DNA of 64,000 nucleotides from Bordetella parapertussis (GTDB lineage Bacteria; Pseudomonadota; Gammaproteobacteria; Burkholderiales; SG8-41): NCBI GenBank assembly GCA_945906815.1, contig CAMDRT010000023.1, positions 3,740 to 67,739 of the forward strand, read 5' to 3'. Shown piece by piece: positions 57,937 to 64,000 of this stretch (position 1 is its first letter; each line of letters starts with the position of its first letter). The notes under the pieces were generated by a model. It saw only the letters and a program-made list of their open reading frames with translations, ran no database searches and was not told where the DNA came from. The position numbers and the translations under genes were made by a program.

Positions 57937-58854
57937 TCACGCCGTCGTAGCCACCGCAGCGCACTGTTGCAGCTTCACTTCCAGGCCCACGCCCTTTAAC
58001 GAAGTCCGGCGCAAATCGCGCACTTCCTTCAGATCGTCAAAGCGCGTCGCGCGGTGCATGACAGTGCGGTTGTCCCACATCACCATGTCGCCGACTTGCC
58101 ACTTATGGGCATAGACGAACTGCGCTTGTGTCGCGTGTTCGGTTAGGTCGCGCAGGAAGGCGCGGGCTTCCGGCACCGGCCAGCCCACGATGCCGCCGAT
58201 ATGGGAGGAGAGATACAGCGACTTGCGCCCGGTCTGGGGATGCGTCAGTACCAGCTTGTGCGGCACCGGCTTCAGGTGCTCCTCGAAGCCCGCATTGTAT
58301 TCGGTGTAGCCGATTTGCTGGCGTGAGTACACGATAGAATGCTCGCATACCAGAGCTTCAACCTCCTGCTTCTCGTTCGCGGTGAGTGCGTCGTACGCGG
58401 CGCGCATGTCGGCGAATTGTGTGTCGGCCCCGGTGCTGGGCACGATGCGGGCGTGCAGCAAGGTATAACCTGCGCCCACCGCGCGGAATGAGGCGTCGGA
58501 GTGCCACAACCGGTTCGCCAGCGCATACATGCGGGCCTTGTCCGCGCGCTCGCGCAGCTTGGTGGTGTCACCCTTGGCGTAGTTGGAAATGTCGCCGAGC
58601 TCGAGTGTCTGAAAGCGCCGTTCCTCGGGCTTGGCCATCTGGCCCGCGAGGGTGATTTCCAGTTGACCAAAGTTCGCGGTGAATGCCATCTGCTGCTGGT
58701 CGGTCAGTGGCTGATCGGGGAAGCTCAGCACGGCGTAGTCGTCCATGCCGCGTTCAATCGCGGTGACCTGATCGCGGGTCAGCGGCGCGCAAATATTAAT
58801 GTGAGTGACTTCGCCGACAAAGCCGTTCTGCACGGCGCGAATAGTGATGCTCAT
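57937..58854 (-). CDS. TauD/TfdA-family Fe(II)/2-oxoglutarate dioxygenase
   Basis: FVGEV..., WHSDASF (HxD iron ligands) and VMWDNRTVMHRA at the C-terminal His region. Confidence 0.8.
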   Translation of the reverse strand: MSITIRAVQNGFVGEVTHINICAPLTRDQVTAIERGMDDYAVLSFPDQPLTDQQQMAFTANFGQLEITLAGQMAKPEERRFQTLELGDISNYAKGDTTKLRERADKARMYALANRLWHSDASFRAVGAGYTLLHARIVPSTGADTQFADMRAAYDALTANEKQEVEALVCEHSIVYSRQQIGYTEYNAGFEEHLKPVPHKLVLTHPQTGRKSLYLSSHIGGIVGWPVPEARAFLRDLTEHATQAQFVYAHKWQVGDMVMWDNRTVMHRATRFDDLKEVRDLRRTSLKGVGLEVKLQQCAAVATTA

Positions 58855-59020
58855 GTTAACTCCTTAAGCTCAGAGTACCTAACCGAAGTATATGCGCGAA
58901 CCACGATCGTGACTATGGTGCCTGTTGCACCTGTTGCGCCGCTCATTTGAATAGCCCATTAAAGCAAGCTGTTGTACTATTCCGGATTAGCGCATATGCG
59001 GTATTGATCAGTCTTACTTT

Positions 59021-59293
59021 TTGGCACGGATGAAGAAAATCCTATGTGATGGCAGTCGCCGCCCGGTGCGTGGCCAACGGCACGGGCTCACAACGACGGC
59101 CTCGAGACATGCCAGCGCGCAGTGTCCGGTATGCAAGCGCCGATTGATGGTCTTAATGATCATGGGCGTACTCCAGTTCCCTCGGCACAGAACCAATGCC
59201 AAGCCAGTACAGCCCAGCCGGCCGGCCCCTAAAAAAACCGCTGTTTCCCCGCGCTCAAAAGTTGACAAGACCAAACGAAGTCACGGCAGCTGA
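59021..59293 (+). CDS. Possible small basic zinc-ribbon-like protein (hypothetical)
   Basis: 90-aa ORF (or 87 aa from MKKIL at 59030) with CDG...CPVCKRRL spacing and a Lys/Arg/Pro-rich tail. No ribosome-binding site or family could be verified. Confidence 0.25.
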   Translation: MARMKKILCDGSRRPVRGQRHGLTTTASRHASAQCPVCKRRLMVLMIMGVLQFPRHRTNAKPVQPSRPAPKKTAVSPRSKVDKTKRSHGS

Positions 59294-59385
59294 ACCCGAT
59301 ACGCTTCAGGCCATCGCCAAGGACAACGCGTGCAGGCTCGCGACGCGCTGATACGCAAAGCATTCACCCGGCAGGCGGATACCCT

Positions 59386-61455
59386 GTGGCAACCCCCAAG
59401 ACCTCTAAGAGCGTAGCCGCCAGCAACCCGCTGCTGGAAGCCTGGACTACGCCGTTCGAAGCGCCACCGTTTGCGTCGATCCAGCCTGAGCACTTCGCGC
59501 CTGCGTTCGCAGCAGCGCTGATAGACCACAACGCGCAGATCGATGCGATTGCCACGGATCCGGCCGCCCCCACTTTTGCCAACACCATTGAAGCAATGGA
59601 ACGGGCCGGCGGCGCACTCACCCAGGTGTCTGCCGTGTTCTGGAACCTCTGTAGCAGCCACACCAACGACGCGTTGCAGGCGCTGGAACGCGAATGGTCG
59701 CCTAAATTTGCTGCCCACTACACCAGCATCACCACCCATGCGGCATTGTTCGCTCGCATCGCCACCCTGTTTGCGCACAAACATCAGTTGCTGCTCAACG
59801 CCGAGCAATTGCGTTTGCTGGAGAAGACCCACCTGTCATTCGTGCGCTCCGGCGCCACACTCGAAGGTGCGGCACGAGAGCGCTACCAGACGCTGTCGCA
59901 AATACGCGCGAAACTTTCCACCCAGTTTGGCCAAAACGTACTCGCCGACGAGAAGGCCTACTGTCTGCTGCTCAAGGGCGAGGCGGATGTGCAAGGTCTG
60001 CCGCAATTCGTGCTCGACGCAGCCAGCAGCGCGGCCGCGGAACGCGCTCAAAAAGGCGTCCACGTTATCACCCTGTCGCGCTCGCTGATCGAGCCGTTTC
60101 TGACATTTTCGACGCGGCGCGATCTGCGTGAGCAGGCCTGGAAAGCCTGGGTTGCGCGCGGTGAGAACGGTGGTGACACGGACAACCGTCAGGCGCTTGC
60201 CGAGCTGGTAAAGCTGCGCATAGCGGTCGCCAACCTGCTCGGCTACAACACCTATGCCGACTTCGCGCTCGATGACAGCATGGCGAAGACGCCCGCGCGT
60301 GTGCGTGAATTGCTGGATCGCGTGTGGGTGCCGGGCGTGCAGCGCGCACGCGAGGAACTGGTAAAACTGCAGGCCCTGGCTGCACAGGAAGGTGCTGGCA
60401 TCACCATCGAGCCGTGGGATTGGCGCTATTACGCCGAGAAATTGCGCGCCGCCGAGTTCGATTTTGATGAGGCAGAAATCAAGCCCTACCTGTCCCTTGA
60501 TCGTATGCTCGAGGCCGCGTTCTACACCGCGACCCAGTTGTTCGGGGTTAGCTTCAAAGAACGCACTGACGTTCCAGTCTATCACCCGGATGTGCGCGCG
60601 TTTGAGGTGAGCGACGCCCAGGGCCACCACGTCGGCCTGTTCTATGGCGACTATTATGCGCGCCCTTCGAAACGCTCCGGCGCCTGGATGAGCGCCTTTC
60701 GCCGCCAGCACAAGCTGGATGGCGGCACACGGCCGATCATCGTTAACGTGATGAACTTTGCCAGGGGAGCGGCGGGCGAGCCGACGCTGCTGTCGTTCGA
60801 TGACGCGCGCACCTTGTTCCACGAATTCGGCCACGGCCTGCACGGTCTGCTGTCGGATGTGAGCTATCGTTCTCTTGCCGGCACCGCCGTCGTCAGGGAC
60901 TTCGTCGAGTTGCCTTCACAACTGTTCGAACACTGGCTGGGCACGCAGGCCATCATGACCCGCTTTGCCCGGCACGTGAAAACCGGCGTGCCGATGCCTG
61001 CCGCGCTGATCAGCAAGCTGCAGGCCGCGCGCACCTTCAACCAGGGCTTCGAGACGGTGTCATTTCTTGGCAGCGCGATCGTTGACATGGATTTTCACAC
61101 GCTGGCGAGCGCCGACAATCTCGACCCGCTTGCTATGGAAGCGGCAACGCTCACCCGCATCGGCATGCCGCAGGCGGTGGGCATGCGGCACCGCGCCACA
61201 CACTTCCAGCATATCTTCGCGGGCGGCTATGCGGCCGGCTACTACAGCTATCTGTGGTCGGAAGTGCTCGACGCCGACGCATTCGCGGCATTCGAGGAAA
61301 CCGGCAACGTGTTTGATCCTGTCACCGCCGACAAACTCAAACGCTACGTCTACGCTGCAGGTGGAACGCGCAACGAGGAAGATGCCTACATTTTGTTTCG
61401 CGGCCGCCTGCCGGCTGTTGATGGCCTACTGAAGAAACGCGGGCTTGTTGAATAG
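59386..61455 (+). CDS. dcp: M3-family peptidyl-dipeptidase (Dcp-like)
   Basis: 689 aa. NPLLEAWTTPFEAPPF N-terminus and the HEFGHGLH zinc motif with a downstream E. Confidence 0.9.
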   Translation: MATPKTSKSVAASNPLLEAWTTPFEAPPFASIQPEHFAPAFAAALIDHNAQIDAIATDPAAPTFANTIEAMERAGGALTQVSAVFWNLCSSHTNDALQALEREWSPKFAAHYTSITTHAALFARIATLFAHKHQLLLNAEQLRLLEKTHLSFVRSGATLEGAARERYQTLSQIRAKLSTQFGQNVLADEKAYCLLLKGEADVQGLPQFVLDAASSAAAERAQKGVHVITLSRSLIEPFLTFSTRRDLREQAWKAWVARGENGGDTDNRQALAELVKLRIAVANLLGYNTYADFALDDSMAKTPARVRELLDRVWVPGVQRAREELVKLQALAAQEGAGITIEPWDWRYYAEKLRAAEFDFDEAEIKPYLSLDRMLEAAFYTATQLFGVSFKERTDVPVYHPDVRAFEVSDAQGHHVGLFYGDYYARPSKRSGAWMSAFRRQHKLDGGTRPIIVNVMNFARGAAGEPTLLSFDDARTLFHEFGHGLHGLLSDVSYRSLAGTAVVRDFVELPSQLFEHWLGTQAIMTRFARHVKTGVPMPAALISKLQAARTFNQGFETVSFLGSAIVDMDFHTLASADNLDPLAMEAATLTRIGMPQAVGMRHRATHFQHIFAGGYAAGYYSYLWSEVLDADAFAAFEETGNVFDPVTADKLKRYVYAAGGTRNEEDAYILFRGRLPAVDGLLKKRGLVE

Positions 61456-61458
61456 TTG

Positions 61459-62565
61459 CTAGCGCGCCGGCGGCGCCCACGCTTCGCCGGGCTGCTTGGG
61501 GTGGCGGTACATGTGCCCAAGTTGCATGTCCGGAAACAGCACGCCTTCAGCGGCAGAGTAACCTGTCTTGCAGGCGGCGATCAGTTGGTCCTCCAGCGCA
61601 TAAGCAAACGGATCACCCAGTTGGCGCTCGATCTCGCCGCCGCGCTGCGGACGGTTCGCTACCAGCCAGTCCACCGCTGTAGCGAGCGCCTGAGCAGGCG
61701 TAACCACTCCCGTGTAACCGAGTTGGGTCTTGATCTTGGTGATGTCGAATTCAATGACGCCATCGCGCAGGCTGGCCGTTGCGCCTTTGTAGGCGCGCTG
61801 CGCCAGCGCCGGTGGGACTTCCACCACCTCCCATTCATGGCGCAGATGGCGGGCGATGAAGTCGACGTACTGGCGCTGCGTATATTGCTGCTCGTCGCGG
61901 ATATTGTAGAACTGGCCGCTGGATACCATGGGGTTGTCCACGGCGAGCAGCAGGGCGTGAGCAACATTTTGCGCATAGCCGCGGCGCTTGAGCACCCCGT
62001 TGGCCGCGATCACCAACTGCCTGCGGCCATCGAGTATTCTGCGCACGATGCCCCACTCCGGATTGGCCGGTGCGTGCGGGCCGTACAGCAATGGGTAACG
62101 AAAATAAGTGGCGTTGTAGTGCCCCTCACGATGCGCTTGCATGACCGTTTCCTCGGTCACCCACATCAGGTGATTGAATTTGGGCCCGGCAGGATCGTCG
62201 CAGCGCGGGCTGTCTTCAGGCACTTGCAGCGGCTGCCCCAGCGGCCCCCAGCGCGGATCGCTGCGCTGCGCGTACACGCTCGAACCGCCGGCGCCGATAA
62301 AGCGTCCGGTCTTGCCTTTGAGCAACTCGGCGATGATGCGCATGCGGCCATAGGTTGCCAGCACGATGTCGAAGCTTCGCCCTGCGAGCGCAGGCGTCAG
62401 GGTTTCGGCAAAGTGGGGATCGGTATGGATGTGTGCAACGGGCTGCATGAACTCGACTTCATGCTGGCCACCGTGCAGGATGGTGACCTCGTAACCGCGC
62501 GTGAGCAGCCCGTTGACGATATACGGCCCCGAGGGCCCGGTGCCGCCGATGACCAACGCCTTCAT
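61459..62565 (-). CDS. NAD-dependent epimerase/dehydratase family protein
   Basis: The start is moved to the ATG at 62565 (MKALVIGGTGPSGPYIVNGLL, a Rossmann GxxGxxG). The upstream 114 codons of the track ORF overlap the next gene and look non-native. Confidence 0.75.
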   Translation of the reverse strand: MKALVIGGTGPSGPYIVNGLLTRGYEVTILHGGQHEVEFMQPVAHIHTDPHFAETLTPALAGRSFDIVLATYGRMRIIAELLKGKTGRFIGAGGSSVYAQRSDPRWGPLGQPLQVPEDSPRCDDPAGPKFNHLMWVTEETVMQAHREGHYNATYFRYPLLYGPHAPANPEWGIVRRILDGRRQLVIAANGVLKRRGYAQNVAHALLLAVDNPMVSSGQFYNIRDEQQYTQRQYVDFIARHLRHEWEVVEVPPALAQRAYKGATASLRDGVIEFDITKIKTQLGYTGVVTPAQALATAVDWLVANRPQRGGEIERQLGDPFAYALEDQLIAACKTGYSAAEGVLFPDMQLGHMYRHPKQPGEAWAPPAR

Positions 62566-62588
62566 CTCTCGCTTTCTGTTGATCGCAG

Positions 62589-63782
62589 TTATGCGCCAGT
62601 TCGGTCCTGTGCCATGGCTACGTGCTGCGGTCCAATCTCCGACACCTGGTTGCAGGAAATATTCGCCATGCCACGGCTGATTTCGCCGCGATAGATATCC
62701 AGCGCGCGGGCCGCACCGGCCTCGCCCCCGGCGGCGGTGCCATACAGCGTGCTGCGCCCGATCAGCACCATTTTCGCCCCCAGCGCCAGCGCCTTCACCA
62801 CGTCGCTGCCACGGCGCACGCCGCTGTCGAAGAGAATGGTGGTGCGATCGCCCACCGCCTTGACAATCTCCGGCAGCACCTCGATCGGCGAGGGTGCGGC
62901 GTCGCAATTGCGTCCGCCGTGGTTGGAGACAATGATGCCATCGGCGCCATATTCCAGCGACTTGGCCGCATCATCCGGATGCAGCAAGCCCTTAACCAGC
63001 AGCTTGTGGGGCCAGATGTCGCGTAGCGCCTTCAAGTCGTCCCAGTTGAGCGAATCGCTGCGGGTTTCCTTTTGGCCGCCGTAGGCCGTGGTGATCTTGC
63101 TGCTCCTCAACTCGTCGGGAAAATTCTCGCGCGTCGGCATGCCGCCATTGGCGATATAACGCCCCAGCACGTTGATCAGCCAGCCCGGATGCATGAGCAC
63201 GTCGGCGGTGTTCTTGCTGTTATATTTGAACGGCACCGAGTAGCCGTTGCGGCGGTTGTACTCGCGGTTGCCCGCCACCGCGCCATCCACGGTCACCAGC
63301 AGCGCCTCGAATCCAGCGGCTGAGGCGCGGCGCACGACCTGGTGCGAGAGCTTGCGGTCGGCCCACATGTAGAGCTGCATCCACAGCGTGCCGCCGACTT
63401 CGCCGGCGACTTTCTCCATGCTGGTGATGGAGCCGGTGGCGAGCGAGAACGGTATGCCGGCCGCCTTGGCGGCGCGCGCGAGCTCAAGCTCACCGCGATA
63501 CCACATCATGCCGGCGGAACCGGTGGGCGCGATGGCGATCGGCATCTTGTGTTGTTTGCCGAAAATCGTGGTGTCGAGTGTGCGGCCGGAGACGTCCACC
63601 AGCATGCGTGGCCGCAGTTTGATGCGTTCGAACGCTTCGCGGTTGTTGCGCAGCGCGACTTCATCTTCGGTGCCGCGGTCGACAAACTCGAATAGCCACC
63701 TGGGCAGGCGCTGCTTGGCTATGTCCCGCAGATCGAAAATATTCTGCGCGTTTTCTACTTTCGGAAACATCATGGTGTTCAC
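62589..63782 (-). CDS. FMN-dependent alpha-hydroxy-acid dehydrogenase/oxidase (LldD/mandelate dehydrogenase family)
   Basis: IFDLRDIAKQRLPRWLFEFVDRGTEDE N-terminus, SNHGGR, and GRSTLYG near the C-terminus. Confidence 0.88.
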   Translation of the reverse strand: MNTMMFPKVENAQNIFDLRDIAKQRLPRWLFEFVDRGTEDEVALRNNREAFERIKLRPRMLVDVSGRTLDTTIFGKQHKMPIAIAPTGSAGMMWYRGELELARAAKAAGIPFSLATGSITSMEKVAGEVGGTLWMQLYMWADRKLSHQVVRRASAAGFEALLVTVDGAVAGNREYNRRNGYSVPFKYNSKNTADVLMHPGWLINVLGRYIANGGMPTRENFPDELRSSKITTAYGGQKETRSDSLNWDDLKALRDIWPHKLLVKGLLHPDDAAKSLEYGADGIIVSNHGGRNCDAAPSPIEVLPEIVKAVGDRTTILFDSGVRRGSDVVKALALGAKMVLIGRSTLYGTAAGGEAGAARALDIYRGEISRGMANISCNQVSEIGPQHVAMAQDRTGA

Positions 63783-63847
63783 CCCTTGTGTATTTTATTG
63801 GCTTTGTTCAGCGGTATTGTCCATCAAGACCCGCCATTGTAGAAGAC

Positions 63848-63869
63848 CCATGGTCTATCCATGGTCTAT
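63848..63869. promoter_or_regulatory. Perfect tandem 11-bp direct repeat (ccatggtctat x2) in a divergent promoter region
   Basis: ccatggtctatccatggtctat lies 66 nt upstream of the hydroxy-acid dehydrogenase ATG. TGGTC half-sites resemble GntR/FadR-type operators. Confidence 0.35.
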
Positions 63870-63973
63870 CGGTTGACGCTGGACCGAGCGGAGACTAGAG
63901 TGCCGCTAGTCGAAAAAAGAAGTTTAAGCTATCTACAGCGGCCTGGTCTTGGCGCAAAATCGAGGAGCGACCT

Positions 63974-64000
63974 ATGGCAGAGTATATTCCCAGCCCCAGG
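63974..64000 (+). CDS. 5' end of an unidentified gene (partial, leaves the window)
   Basis: The ATG at 63974 is preceded by GAGGAG at a 6-nt spacing. Only 9 codons (MAEYIPSPR) are visible. Confidence 0.3.

Overview
This is a visibly GC-rich proteobacterial chromosome segment. The exbB-exbD-lpxK-ycaR-kdsB-adk gene order, a Bug-family binding protein and an IscR-controlled SUF operon suggest a betaproteobacterium, but that is inference only. Most of the window is housekeeping: mutS, suhB, trmJ, cysE, iscR with a nifS-like gene and sufABCDSU-nfu, serB, hppA, adk, kdsB, lpxK, exbBD, xseA and dcp. I found no rRNA, tRNA, CRISPR array, transposase or integrase.

The one large accessory locus is a two-partner secretion pair. 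A ShlB/FhaC-type transporter (24252-26006) is followed by a giant filamentous-haemagglutinin-like exoprotein gene (26360-44378, about 18 kb, 28% of the window). That gene is split into two overlapping reading frames near 36725. It consists of a TPS domain, seven beta-helix-like modules recurring every 1.0-1.2 kb, a long array of YDG/MBG-type repeats with near-identical tandem DNA units, a duplicated Pro/Ala/Thr-rich segment and a C-terminal cadherin/Ig-like domain. There is no recognisable toxin or immunity module.

The second notable signal is a family of intergenic elements. Each is built from tandem 7-8 nt units (GTGAAGC, GTGAGGC, GTGAACG, GGACTGA, GTTGAGC and others) arranged as inverted arrays that can fold into long imperfect hairpins. 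I see at least eleven loci, usually abutting stop or start codons.

Smaller observations:
- Tandem IscR type-1-like boxes upstream of iscR.
- A DnaA-box cluster in an AT-rich divergent spacer.
- A 27-nt motif repeated identically just downstream of two minus-strand stop codons.
- TTCC-N-GGAA palindromes in front of tpsA.
- An orphan GH19 lysozyme-like gene.
- A Tat-exported beta-carbonic-anhydrase-like gene next to a class III cyclase.
- A 59-codon Trm112/YcaR gene missing from the ORF track.

All family assignments come from motif recognition by eye. No searches were run.
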